The translations under genes were made by a program, and so were the position numbers. The notes below the pieces were generated by a model, which saw only the letters and a list, made by a program, of their open reading frames with translations, was not told the DNA's origin and did no database searches. Shown here one piece after another: positions 8,055-18,372 of a DNA stretch of 58,180 nt. The DNA comes from Promethearchaeota archaeon (GTDB taxonomy: Archaea > Asgardarchaeota > Lokiarchaeia > Sigyniarchaeales > SOKP01): positions 1 through 58,180 of the forward strand of contig RDOA01000019.1 in assembly GCA_011364925.1 (NCBI GenBank), in the 5' to 3' direction. How positions within the stretch are numbered: the first letter of the stretch is position 1; every line of letters begins with the position of its first letter.

Positions 8055-10151
8055 TTAAGTATAATATCTTTTTCTATCAAGCTCATTAGCTGAACCTCTT
8101 AAAAATTCTTCATCTTCTAAATCGGAATTTAGTGCTTCAATATTTTTTTCAATTATATATATTTCTTTTTGCAGGTTCTTAAAGTTCTTAAAATAATCGA
8201 TTTCAGAAATATCTCCAGATTCAAATTTGGAGTCTAAAGCTTTTAAAGTTTCTTCAAGGCTATATTTCTCTTTTTCTAAGTTAAACATCTTTTTTTCTCT
8301 TGATTTATCGTACTTCTTCGAATTGAAGCTAGAGTTTTCATTTGAATGATAAGGATCAGAATTACGATTAAATAAATCTGAGAGATGGTTTCGGGAGTAT
8401 TCTTGATATTTGGGGATTTTTCTAGAGTTTCCATTAGGACTATAATCAGCTGGATTGTTAAGAAAATCATTAAAGTTATTTAGTCCGTTTCTAGAAGGGA
8501 AGGATTGCTCGTATCTTTGTAGCTGTTCTAACTTTCTCATCAGTAAGTTTTTTTGATCTAAGTCAGAAAGGTCATTACCAAACCCTCTGCCGTATTGTTT
8601 AGGCTCATAGTTTTGTATTCTGTTAGTGTCGTAGAAGTTTTGTAAGAAAAACTCATTTTGATTATAGTTGGGAGGTAAATACTTACGCATTGCGTGCCCA
8701 AAGTAATTTAAGTCCTCGGGAGTTTGTATTTGGCTCATCCTCTGATTAGGAGGCTTAAGATTATTTTGATAAAGCATTTGATTATCGGGCATGTTTTGGT
8801 AGAGCCCATATGGATTCTTGTTGTTGTAGGGATTAATAACTTGGTTCTGAGGGAAATAAGGACCCTTATTCGATATTATATTAGGGTTTTGATTAAACAA
8901 AGTTGACGCTATGTTATATTCAGACATTTTTTTGTTTGAATTGACATTATTGTATTGACACTTCAAACTAAAGAACGAATTTATTGCTTCTTCAATATAG
9001 TTGGAAATATCACCTAAGTCAACTTCGATATTATATAACTTTTTAGCCGCTAACTTGTCGTAAATAACAGTTTCATCAAAGCATCGAGCAAGTAAGAGAT
9101 AGTCTAACACCCTTGAAATAGAATTTGGGGGAAGCGTAAATTCATATCTCCCATAAGGAAATTCAATATAGAGTTTCTTGAATATTTTCCCTCTTATTTG
9201 AACTTTAGTTAAATCCTTTACAGGAGCTTTAAATATACCGTCTTTTTTCCTCCTTCGCTTTCCATGTTCACGAACAAAAGATAAATCGAAATTGGTTATA
9301 AAGAGGATGCCTTTATTCTTCTTGTATTTATCCTCCGTATTAAGTCCGTTAGCCAATTTAGCGTATATTGCGTAAACTGGCTTTTCCTCCTCTGCCAAGT
9401 TGAGGAATTTAATATAATTCTTGAAGTAAAAAGTGATTTTATCGATGAACACTAAATTTTTTGAAATATTTACAATACTAGTGTTTATGGTATTCACATT
9501 ATTCTTAATAAAATCAATTATTGAAGTATAGCTTCGATTTAGATTTTCAAGTATGTCTTCAATGATTCGAATATTAGAATTCTGTTGCATGTAGATATCG
9601 AAAAAATATTCTTTATTAATTGATAAATGCTGGATAAAATTGCGAATCTTCTCTATCAGATTTTCTTTTGCGTATATAAACAGTTTAAAGAGCGCTAGTA
9701 AATCCAATTCCATAGTAGGATAATGATAACATTTAACGGGTGGAGCTCTTGCATCTAGGATTTTATTTTTTAATGAGTAAAGTGAATTTAATAGATCTCT
9801 AAGTGGATCTATAAACGAACGAGAATTTTTAATTAGTTCCATGAAATTTTTTTCAAGATCTTCTTTCTTTTCATAGATATTTATTATTTGATGAGAATGA
9901 CACTTTGGGCAAGACTTTAAGAGTTGGTTGGTTCTAACTATATTATCCGTTCCACAGTCTTTACAAGTTTTTTTATTGCCTGATTCAGGAACGATGATAT
10001 TTTTTGAATTACATTCTTGACATATATAAGTATCAATTTTTTCCTCATGCAAACAATCGGAACAACAACTAACACCACAATCTTCACAATAATAAGCTAA
10101 CTTTACATTTCTTTGACAGAAACGGCAGATTTGGAATTGTTGCTCCAACAT
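8055..10151 (-). CDS. Multidomain protein: B-box-like/zinc-ribbon cluster, coiled coil, PH/GRAM-like domain, N/Q/P/Y-rich linker and C-terminal steadiness-box (Vps23/TSG101-like) helices
   Basis: CRFC..YCEDC..CCSDC.H plus three more CxxC pairs; KGILFITNFDLSF (PH/GRAM pattern); C-terminal EKYSLEETLKALDSKFESGDISEIDYFKNFKNLQKEIYII. Confidence 0.65.
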   Translation of the reverse strand: MLEQQFQICRFCQRNVKLAYYCEDCGVSCCSDCLHEEKIDTYICQECNSKNIIVPESGNKKTCKDCGTDNIVRTNQLLKSCPKCHSHQIINIYEKKEDLEKNFMELIKNSRSFIDPLRDLLNSLYSLKNKILDARAPPVKCYHYPTMELDLLALFKLFIYAKENLIEKIRNFIQHLSINKEYFFDIYMQQNSNIRIIEDILENLNRSYTSIIDFIKNNVNTINTSIVNISKNLVFIDKITFYFKNYIKFLNLAEEEKPVYAIYAKLANGLNTEDKYKKNKGILFITNFDLSFVREHGKRRRKKDGIFKAPVKDLTKVQIRGKIFKKLYIEFPYGRYEFTLPPNSISRVLDYLLLARCFDETVIYDKLAAKKLYNIEVDLGDISNYIEEAINSFFSLKCQYNNVNSNKKMSEYNIASTLFNQNPNIISNKGPYFPQNQVINPYNNKNPYGLYQNMPDNQMLYQNNLKPPNQRMSQIQTPEDLNYFGHAMRKYLPPNYNQNEFFLQNFYDTNRIQNYEPKQYGRGFGNDLSDLDQKNLLMRKLEQLQRYEQSFPSRNGLNNFNDFLNNPADYSPNGNSRKIPKYQEYSRNHLSDLFNRNSDPYHSNENSSFNSKKYDKSREKKMFNLEKEKYSLEETLKALDSKFESGDISEIDYFKNFKNLQKEIYIIEKNIEALNSDLEDEEFLRGSANELDRKRYYT

Positions 10152-10327
10152 ATTTATAGTTTAACCCGACCTTATTAAAATTAAAAAAAACACAATTTTT
10201 GAACGCTGTATAGAAGAAAGTTTGAAAATTTACTACAAAAATAAGTATATTATATCGATATATACATATGTAATATCCCGTAAGTGCTAAATAATCGCAA
10301 GAAGAACCTATGAAATTATTATATTTA

Positions 10328-10624
10328 TCACTTGATAATTTTTACTTTTTGCCCTAAAGCCTGCCCAGGAACACCAGCTTTTTTGAAGTGAGCTCTAATT
10401 GCGCCTTTGTTCCCATGAGCTCGAGTTATTGTCCCTTTTAATTCTTTTCCCGTTGAACTTGTCCAGACTACAGTTCTTCCAATTAATTTATTTGCATCTT
10501 TTCTGCTATTAATATTAGGGAATACGATTATGCAGTGTTTGGGGTGTAAAGTGTGGCGACCTTGTTTATAGTTAGAAATTACACCTTCAAGTCCTAAAAT
10601 TTCTAATTTACTCAGTGACATCAA
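10328..10624 (-). CDS. rpl35ae: 50S ribosomal protein L35Ae (eL33)
   Basis: LIGRTVVW..STGK..KG.ITRAHGNKGAIRA.F..G.PGQALG; upstream AAAGGAG Shine-Dalgarno on the minus strand. Confidence 0.95.
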   Translation of the reverse strand: MMSLSKLEILGLEGVISNYKQGRHTLHPKHCIIVFPNINSRKDANKLIGRTVVWTSSTGKELKGTITRAHGNKGAIRAHFKKAGVPGQALGQKVKIIK

Positions 10625-10770
10625 AATTGACTCCTTTCTATTTCGTTTACACTTAAGGAATTGAGTTAATAAATTCTTAAAAAAATAAAAATTTTCCTAA
10701 AAAGAGCATAAGAAATAAATAATTTTAAAAAAGAAAACATTTTTGAAAATCTTTGCTTTATTATAGGTAA

Positions 10771-12150
10771 ATGAAGGTTGCGTTTAGTAGAATAAAACTT
10801 ACACCAAAGGATTATATTGGTAAGCCTATGGCAGGGTATTCTCGCAAAGATCCTTGTTTAGGGAAATTGGACGATATTTATGCGAATGGTGTGTTAATCA
10901 ATCACAATGATAAAAACACAAATTTACTCTTAATTTCAGTTGATATTCTGAAATTACCACTATCAATAGTAGAGTATATAAAAAAGAAGCTTACATCGAA
11001 GTATGAAATTTTAAATCCGGATGCAATAGTAATACACGCAACACATACCCATTCTTCGTTTGATCTCACAGGTGAATTCTATTATCTGGGAGGAATGTTG
11101 GCATTCTTTAAAGGTGTTATGTTTGCTGATAATAAAAACGACCGATTTATCGTTTGGATGGTCGATAGAATAATAAAAATGGTTGCGAAATTATTTAAAG
11201 ATTTACAGCCTTGTAAAATTGCTATAAAGAAAAAGAGCTATAATCCAAATTTAGTACTTAATCGAAGGTGGCCTAAGAGAAAGGTTTTACCAGATTTAGG
11301 AGTTATAGCTTTTAAACAATTAGATAACGATACTTTAATTGGTCTGATAATCAATTACTCGTGCCATCCTACCACATTATCTTTCGCGAATAACAAATTA
11401 TCTGCCGATTTTCCAGGTCGAGTGATTGCAAGAATTGACGATTTAACTAACAATAAAGTTAAATCCATTTATATAAATGGACCCTCCGGCGATTTAAACC
11501 CTATAACAACTTCAGGCGTCGATTTAGAGAAAATTGACAAAGATAAAACCTTAACCTATGATCAGCGAGGAACATACGAGCACACGAAAAAAATTGGGCA
11601 TATCATCGCGGAAGAAGCTTTAAAATTTGCTCGTTCTATAGCTGAATCCGAATATTTTAACACCATGGATATCGATGTGTATGCAAGAAGACTTTTAATT
11701 CCTCAAAAAGACGCAGTCTACCTCTCAAAGGTTTTCTTATCAAATAAGGTAAAATGGTTGATAAAAAAGTATTTCTTGTTTAAAGTTGCTAAGTTTGACC
11801 AAAAATACGTTACTTTTCCCTTCTTTATGGAGGAGCGTAGGCACCTACAAAAATATGGAAAAACCATTGTCCAATTTATAAAACTTACTGCATCTAACGA
11901 CGATTCATATGGGATAATTACAATACCAGGCGAATTATTTGAAGAGATTGGAAAAAGATTGATTCGAACAACCCCTACTTTAGAGAAAAATACATTCATC
12001 TTTCAAAATTCTCAAGACTGGATAGGATATTTATTTCCTTTAGAAACTTACATTACTGAAGGAGGTTATGAACCCTTTATGTGTTATAGTCCTCTGTGCG
12101 GTGCTTATATTGAAAATGGTACAAAAAAGCTCTTACATAAAATAAAGTAA
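10771..12150 (+). CDS. Neutral/alkaline ceramidase N-terminal domain family amidohydrolase
   Basis: MAGY, HATHTHSS, NYSCHPT, SADFPG, NG.SGD.NP, PGELF and GGYE motifs. Confidence 0.8.
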   Translation: MKVAFSRIKLTPKDYIGKPMAGYSRKDPCLGKLDDIYANGVLINHNDKNTNLLLISVDILKLPLSIVEYIKKKLTSKYEILNPDAIVIHATHTHSSFDLTGEFYYLGGMLAFFKGVMFADNKNDRFIVWMVDRIIKMVAKLFKDLQPCKIAIKKKSYNPNLVLNRRWPKRKVLPDLGVIAFKQLDNDTLIGLIINYSCHPTTLSFANNKLSADFPGRVIARIDDLTNNKVKSIYINGPSGDLNPITTSGVDLEKIDKDKTLTYDQRGTYEHTKKIGHIIAEEALKFARSIAESEYFNTMDIDVYARRLLIPQKDAVYLSKVFLSNKVKWLIKKYFLFKVAKFDQKYVTFPFFMEERRHLQKYGKTIVQFIKLTASNDDSYGIITIPGELFEEIGKRLIRTTPTLEKNTFIFQNSQDWIGYLFPLETYITEGGYEPFMCYSPLCGAYIENGTKKLLHKIK

Positions 12151-12388
12151 AAAACCTCCTTAATTTTCGAAATCACATTGAGATTAGTTCTTCGCAATAA
12201 AAATGGGTGGTTTAATATTGCTTAAAATAAAACCATAAATGTTATTTAAATTTGCCTCGATTAACTCAAACATTAGATTTTTTCGATTAAGCTTTAATAA
12301 AAGAAAGATTTTATCTCTTTAAGCAAAGTAAATATATCTTGAACTTTTTCTTCCTTTACTAAGTTCGAAATAAGAAGGCTTTATTTTA

Positions 12389-14179
12389 ATGGAAGCTAGG
12401 AAAAAAATCTGGATTTTTTCATTTGAATATGCAGGTGTGGCGAAAGTAGGAGGACTTGGAGAAGTTCCAGCTAATCAAGCAAAGCATTTAGCTGATCAGT
12501 TCGATATTACTGTATTTATGCCTTCTCATGGTCAACTTGATCATCTAAAAAGTAAATATACAATGAAAAAACTACCTTTTAGATGTATAGGCAAAATAAA
12601 TCCGACATTGTTTGGTTTGGAACAATCTGAAGCGAATTGTGATATTAGGTTTTATAAATTCAAGCTAGAAAATGTCAATATCATTTTACTTACTGGAGAA
12701 AATGCATTCACTTCAAAGTATTTAGATGATTTTACCGTGTATAATCCTGCAACAATAAGGGGTAAAATTGCGCTTTTTAGTTTGGGGATTCGCTGTTTGG
12801 TTAATCATTTTATAGAGATTGATAGGGCGAAATTACCTGACATTGTCCATCTCCACGATTACCATGTTGTTATTGGCTATTTTGGATTAAAGCAAGCTTT
12901 AGAAAAAAATGGATTGGATGTTTCTTCAATCTTAACTATACATTTATTAACATGGCCAAGATTTGAATACGAATTTTATAAATTATGTGGTATTGACGAC
13001 ACATCTATCAAAGTTTCGCTGAGTGAAGGGCACAGAATGCTGACCTTAAGAGATATTTATCAAATATCCAAGGAAAATATTGCAGATCACCAAGATCCTA
13101 CTGTTGAAAAAATAGGAGCAATTGTTTCAGATTTGGTAACTACAGTAAGCCAATCATATTTGAATTCAGATATCATTCCTAATTGCGGTAAAGAGATTAT
13201 TAAGTTTAAAGCTGATTTTGTATGGGACGGTTGTGATTGGGATTATTTCGAGATATTTAATAAAGTAAAAGAGATACATGGACCGGATATTCGCAAATTT
13301 CTCAATCAAGCATCTCAATCCGAAATAAATACTACAGATATGAAAGAATATCTCCTAAAGTATAAAATAGGAAATCTAAGCCAAAGTCCCTTAATTAGTT
13401 CTCAAAATGTATTAAACGCTATAAATCAAATTTCAAATGGAAATCAGTTTAGCAAAAATGGAACTATTAAACCTTTTTCAGATTCGGGGCCATTAATTCT
13501 GACAACAGGAAGAATTTCACCCCAAAAAGGTTTTGACACTATTTTAAAGGCAGTTCCGGAGGTGATAAAATTCATCCCAAACGCAAAATTTCTGTTCTTA
13601 ATATTACCAACAGATTATAGTTTGAACGAAATACAGAGCTATTCCAGTTACGTAAAAGAATATCCAGAAAATGTTCGAATAGTGTTTGGGGTTTCTTCGG
13701 AGATTTTCTATTTAGCACATTTAAGTGCTGATGTGTATTGTGCATTATCTAGGTGGGAACCTTTCGGAATAATGGCTTTGGAAGCAATGGCATGTAAAAT
13801 TCCCATTATTGCAACAAAGGTAGGAGGATTACAAGAAACGATTATTGATGCAGGATTATACCCAAAAATAGGAACTGGCATTTTAATATCAAAAGAAAAT
13901 CCTTCTCAGTTTGCTAAAGCGTTAATTTCTTTACTAAAATCTTCAGAAGTTGCGACTCTTGTAAAAGATACTGAGAGCCGTACGGTCTACAATGCGGATA
14001 CACTAAATGTTGTGAATCAAATACCAGATGAAGTTATAAAGTCCCATGTTCTTCTGAATCCGAATTTTTTTTTTAATATTAAGGAAAATTGTTATAAGAG
14101 GGTTAAGGAGAATTTTACTTGGAGTATTGTTTCTAAGAAATTGGCTCTCATATATCAAAATATTCTGAAAAATACATAA
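12389..14179 (+). CDS. glgA: Glycogen/starch synthase (GT5)
   Basis: KVGGLG motif, HLHDYH, GRISPQKG, SRWEPFGIMALEAM, VGGL.ET. Confidence 0.88.
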   Translation: MEARKKIWIFSFEYAGVAKVGGLGEVPANQAKHLADQFDITVFMPSHGQLDHLKSKYTMKKLPFRCIGKINPTLFGLEQSEANCDIRFYKFKLENVNIILLTGENAFTSKYLDDFTVYNPATIRGKIALFSLGIRCLVNHFIEIDRAKLPDIVHLHDYHVVIGYFGLKQALEKNGLDVSSILTIHLLTWPRFEYEFYKLCGIDDTSIKVSLSEGHRMLTLRDIYQISKENIADHQDPTVEKIGAIVSDLVTTVSQSYLNSDIIPNCGKEIIKFKADFVWDGCDWDYFEIFNKVKEIHGPDIRKFLNQASQSEINTTDMKEYLLKYKIGNLSQSPLISSQNVLNAINQISNGNQFSKNGTIKPFSDSGPLILTTGRISPQKGFDTILKAVPEVIKFIPNAKFLFLILPTDYSLNEIQSYSSYVKEYPENVRIVFGVSSEIFYLAHLSADVYCALSRWEPFGIMALEAMACKIPIIATKVGGLQETIIDAGLYPKIGTGILISKENPSQFAKALISLLKSSEVATLVKDTESRTVYNADTLNVVNQIPDEVIKSHVLLNPNFFFNIKENCYKRVKENFTWSIVSKKLALIYQNILKNT

Positions 14180-14204
14180 AGATTCTACTAAAGGAGTATA
14201 GGAC

Positions 14205-15377
14205 TTGATATTATCAAAAAAATCTGTAATCCTTATTTTAATTTCTACTTTTTTGATTAATACAGCCGCAATGGTAGTTTACACCTATACATCAACGTAT
14301 TTATTATATTTAGGTACAAGCAAATCACTAATGCAACTAATTGTCACTATCTTTCCTTTAACTGCATTTTGTTTTCCTCCATTATATGGATTCTTATCAG
14401 ACAAATATCAAAATCGAATAGTATTTCTTTTAATTGGAACATTCGGTATGATTTTTGCTTTTGTAATGTTATCGTTAACTCGTGATTTGATTTTTACAAC
14501 TTTATTCCTTTTTTTGTTTGGGTTTTTTATGGCTTCATCTAATATTTCTTTCACATTATATTCAGAGTTAGTAGAAGATGATAAAAAGTATGTATCCTAT
14601 CTTAATGCTATTATCGTTGCTGGATGGTTTATTGGAGCACAATTTGGAGGAATTGTTATTGATATTTATGGAATTGAGAATATTTTCTTATTAGTCTTAT
14701 CAATTTCTCTACCAAACATAATTTGTGTTGTTCTCATTCGAGAAAATAGACCTATGATATTAGAAAGCTATAACAATAGAGTTAATAAAAAGTTAAATGA
14801 TTTGAATACAAATGTCACTGAAGTAGAAAACTCAATTTCCAAATCAATTTATTATGGGTTATTTTTCAGGAATTTTAGCATTAAACCAATAATGCCTATA
14901 CTTGCCCTTTTAATGATTTCATATTTAGGTAATCGCTCTGAGGTAGGTTTTTTAATTGGTATAAATTTTTTCCTACAATTTTTTCTGATGCTGTTAGCAG
15001 GAAAGATAATTACGAGTAAAAATGTTAAAATGTTCATGGTTATGGGTTATACATTAAGCTCATTAACAATTTTTGGATACATCATCTCAACTAGTTTTTT
15101 TATTTATTTTTTCTTCCAACTTATATTTGCATTTAGCTACTCTATGCATTGGGCAGCTACGATTGTGTATATCACTCAAAATACGACACCTAAAAATAAG
15201 GGACAGATTATAGGTTATGCGAATGCTAGTGTATTTTCTGGAAGTTTTGTTGGGGGGCTCTTTTTCACCCTTTTATTAAGTTTTAATCCTAATTATTACA
15301 TGGCAATGTCTTTTATGATAATTTTTCCTATTATTTCAGTTGTAATTATTTCTCTTAAGTTCAAACCAAAAAGATAA
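14205..15377 (+). CDS. Major facilitator superfamily transporter
   Basis: About 12 hydrophobic segments; motif A GFLSDKYQNR; KGQ..G in the C-terminal half. Confidence 0.85.
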   Translation: MILSKKSVILILISTFLINTAAMVVYTYTSTYLLYLGTSKSLMQLIVTIFPLTAFCFPPLYGFLSDKYQNRIVFLLIGTFGMIFAFVMLSLTRDLIFTTLFLFLFGFFMASSNISFTLYSELVEDDKKYVSYLNAIIVAGWFIGAQFGGIVIDIYGIENIFLLVLSISLPNIICVVLIRENRPMILESYNNRVNKKLNDLNTNVTEVENSISKSIYYGLFFRNFSIKPIMPILALLMISYLGNRSEVGFLIGINFFLQFFLMLLAGKIITSKNVKMFMVMGYTLSSLTIFGYIISTSFFIYFFFQLIFAFSYSMHWAATIVYITQNTTPKNKGQIIGYANASVFSGSFVGGLFFTLLLSFNPNYYMAMSFMIIFPIISVVIISLKFKPKR

Positions 15378-17375
15378 TTATTTCTTGCTCCAAAAGCTGC
15401 TTAAATTCTGTGTTATAGCATTGGGTTTGTCTGGAACAATTTCTAACTCTTTCCGAATCCATTCAGCAATCCATTTGGATTTTTGTTTAAACCGCGAATC
15501 CATGAAAATGATAGCGCCTTTATCTTTTATTTTTCTTATGGGTCGACCTGAAGCCTGGTTAGCTCTTTGAATAGCTGGGTATAAATAAGCAAAATTCCAT
15601 CCTTGGTTATCAAATACTTTATCATAATATTTTATTTTTGCTTCAACTCGCGGAGTGGGCAAATGATACGGAAATCCCGCAATAATCACAGAATTCATAT
15701 GATCACCGGGATAATCTTCACCCTCTGAATTCCTTCCTCCGCACACGCCTAATAAAACAGCTCCATTCCGAGAGGATTTTGCCATCGATTTGAAATCATT
15801 CACGAGATAAGCATTTTCTGAGGCCGTAAGCCCAGGTTCCTCAATGAATAATTGCTTATTATTCTTTAAGGCTATTAAATCCATTCCATTTTTAACTAAT
15901 TCGTTTAGAATTTTATAGGAAGCGCAAAATATTCCAACATTCGCAGGCGTACAATATAAGACTTCACTTATTTTAGAGAGCATTTTCTTAAACATAGGGC
16001 TATTTCGGTTCTTCCCACGGGTGTCTACTCCTTCTGTAATTAATGCCTTAATGTTTTTTTTTTGAAAAGGCGAATCAGCAACAATACCCTTATACCCTTT
16101 ACCACTATTTTGTAACCCCATTAAGTTGTTATAAACATAGGGATTTACCGTCCCTGAAAGATGTACACTAGTGTAACACTCTCTTAGTATAGGAATCGCA
16201 ATTTCTCTTGGATCTAAGGCTACAATTTCCATCGAAATTGCAGTTTTTCCCTTAACTTGCTTAGTAGTATAGCAGAAGAAATAATTATCTAATAAACTAC
16301 ATTGCATCCATTTCATCCAAAACTCCGCAAGAGAGCCTAAAAAATCTCTTGAAATTTCACCATTTGCTAATTTTTCTTCATGAACAGATACACCAAAATC
16401 TTGAAGGTCTTCTATAAAGTTTTTAAATTCGTTCAGATTTGAAAAATGCATCATGGTATAGACTTGTTTTAACAGTTTCTCTGGATCTATCTCTTTTTCC
16501 ATAACAGTTAATTTTTTTTTCTTTCTGTCTAAATGGTTCAAAAGTGACTTTACAAATCTCTGCATGTCATTGGGTGAACGATACAGCTCTAAATCCTTTA
16601 AACATAATCTAAGCGAGTAAGGCGTCAATCTATCAGAATTAACTTCTGTTGCCATATCAATTACATTGTGGCATTCATCAAGGACTAAAATACACTCACT
16701 AAGTTCTTTATCTATGAATTGTAGGAAATTTTCTCGAATATAAGGATGAAAAATCCATTGATAATTACAAATAATTAACCTCATCTCTTTTAAAAGAAAT
16801 TTACTTAAAAAATACGGGCATAACATTTTATCTCTGCAGAAATGAATTAGCTCTTCAGCATCAACGGGTTTATTTAACAAATCGGGAGCTATATTAATTG
16901 GATTATCGTGCATATCCTTTTTCTTTAATAGATTCAGAAAATATTTGCAGCTTTTATTTTTCCTTAAATCTCCACATACTGCCATTGATTCTCGAGGTCC
17001 AAGCTTCAATGATAATAATATATCATTGAGACACATTTCGTTCCTACCTCTTATGGAGAGACCGTTTACTTTGATATTTAAATTATTTTTAACTAATAAT
17101 TCTGAAACTTTCGTGAGTTCCTTAATTATTCTTGTATTTTGAGCGTGAGTTCGACATAAATATATAATCTTTAAATTATTTTTTATCGCTAAAGGTAATA
17201 ACGCGCTTAAAGCAATGATTGTTTTACCCGTGCCGTTTGGGGCCGAAAGTAAAGAGTTCTTCTTATCTACTGAAGCTCTTTCAATCTGGATAATAATATT
17301 CTCTTGTTCTTGTCTAAATTGATCGTATGGGAAGAAATTTGAATATTTCATAACTGAACTCGTGAATTTACTCAT
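15378..17375 (-). CDS. xpd: XPD/Rad3-type Fe-S SF2 DNA helicase
   Basis: Q-motif FRQEQ, Walker A APNGTGKT, Fe-S Cys residues (GRNEMC, CPYF), DECH, SGT, SEG.D.PG, QASGRPIR. Confidence 0.9.
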   Translation of the reverse strand: MSKFTSSVMKYSNFFPYDQFRQEQENIIIQIERASVDKKNSLLSAPNGTGKTIIALSALLPLAIKNNLKIIYLCRTHAQNTRIIKELTKVSELLVKNNLNIKVNGLSIRGRNEMCLNDILLSLKLGPRESMAVCGDLRKNKSCKYFLNLLKKKDMHDNPINIAPDLLNKPVDAEELIHFCRDKMLCPYFLSKFLLKEMRLIICNYQWIFHPYIRENFLQFIDKELSECILVLDECHNVIDMATEVNSDRLTPYSLRLCLKDLELYRSPNDMQRFVKSLLNHLDRKKKKLTVMEKEIDPEKLLKQVYTMMHFSNLNEFKNFIEDLQDFGVSVHEEKLANGEISRDFLGSLAEFWMKWMQCSLLDNYFFCYTTKQVKGKTAISMEIVALDPREIAIPILRECYTSVHLSGTVNPYVYNNLMGLQNSGKGYKGIVADSPFQKKNIKALITEGVDTRGKNRNSPMFKKMLSKISEVLYCTPANVGIFCASYKILNELVKNGMDLIALKNNKQLFIEEPGLTASENAYLVNDFKSMAKSSRNGAVLLGVCGGRNSEGEDYPGDHMNSVIIAGFPYHLPTPRVEAKIKYYDKVFDNQGWNFAYLYPAIQRANQASGRPIRKIKDKGAIIFMDSRFKQKSKWIAEWIRKELEIVPDKPNAITQNLSSFWSKK

Positions 17376-17453
17376 AGAATTAAGTTTAATATAGAATTTT
17401 TATATTTGTAGACCATATAAGTTTATTTATTAATGCGTTCTTTTAATATAAAA

Positions 17454-18305
17454 ATGAGTGAAAATAATTCTGAAGGACAATTTCTAAAATTAAGAGAAAT
17501 TTTTAATGAGACTATTCTCAGAGATGTAATAATATTTGTTGCGTTATATTTATTCATTTTATCTCAATCTTGGAAGAATATTTTCTTATTACTATTTCCT
17601 ATTGTTTCGTTTGGGTTTTCGTTCTTTTTTAGAATTATTAATACAAATAAATTTCGCCTATTTTTAAGGATAGAAGGGGCCCAAATCACCTACAACCCCC
17701 TCGGATTAGAAAAAAAACACGCAAATAGATTAAACTTCTCATCAATCTTCCAATTAATTTTGTTGTTTTGGATTGGAGCAGAATCCTTTTATCATCCCCA
17801 ACTCCTTGACGCTTACGGTATTTTTTTCAATTTAGCCTTTATATTCTTCTTCACTTTTGGTTTTTATTGGGTACTGACTGATATATGGAAATACGCGAAA
17901 ATAACAATTGAATTAGAGGATGAGAATTTAATTTCTCTGTTAAGCTTGAGAAAATTTAAGCTGGTAGCTATCATTAATTTAATTAACTTCTGTTTCATTA
18001 ATTTGTTAAACCTAACTTTTACCATATTTATCAAAAATAATACAATTTTAAGTTTTAACCTACCTGGAACCGGAATTGAAAGTTCATTGCCGTTAAGATT
18101 GTCAATTGTCCCATTTATTACAATATTGGTTTCTCCTACAATAACTATTGTATTACTATTTATTATTTATAAGGGTTTACACTCTATCTCTCTCGCTGAT
18201 TTAAACAATTCTCTTACCGGAATACCCAGTGAGCAAAGAAACCTCATAATTCACAATTTTGAAAAAATCAACAAGAAACTTTTTCGCGACTTGAATAATG
18301 AATAA
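17454..18305 (+). CDS. Hypothetical integral membrane protein (about 6 TM)
   Basis: Long ORF with repeated hydrophobic helices; no family recognised. The second ATG (MSENN) was chosen; the track start is 17433. Confidence 0.6.
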   Translation: MSENNSEGQFLKLREIFNETILRDVIIFVALYLFILSQSWKNIFLLLFPIVSFGFSFFFRIINTNKFRLFLRIEGAQITYNPLGLEKKHANRLNFSSIFQLILLFWIGAESFYHPQLLDAYGIFFNLAFIFFFTFGFYWVLTDIWKYAKITIELEDENLISLLSLRKFKLVAIINLINFCFINLLNLTFTIFIKNNTILSFNLPGTGIESSLPLRLSIVPFITILVSPTITIVLLFIIYKGLHSISLADLNNSLTGIPSEQRNLIIHNFEKINKKLFRDLNNE

Positions 18306-18372
18306 ATTATTGCATAAAAATTTATTAAAACCGAATATATTATAATTATAAAATTCTAATAGTTGCTTGGGA

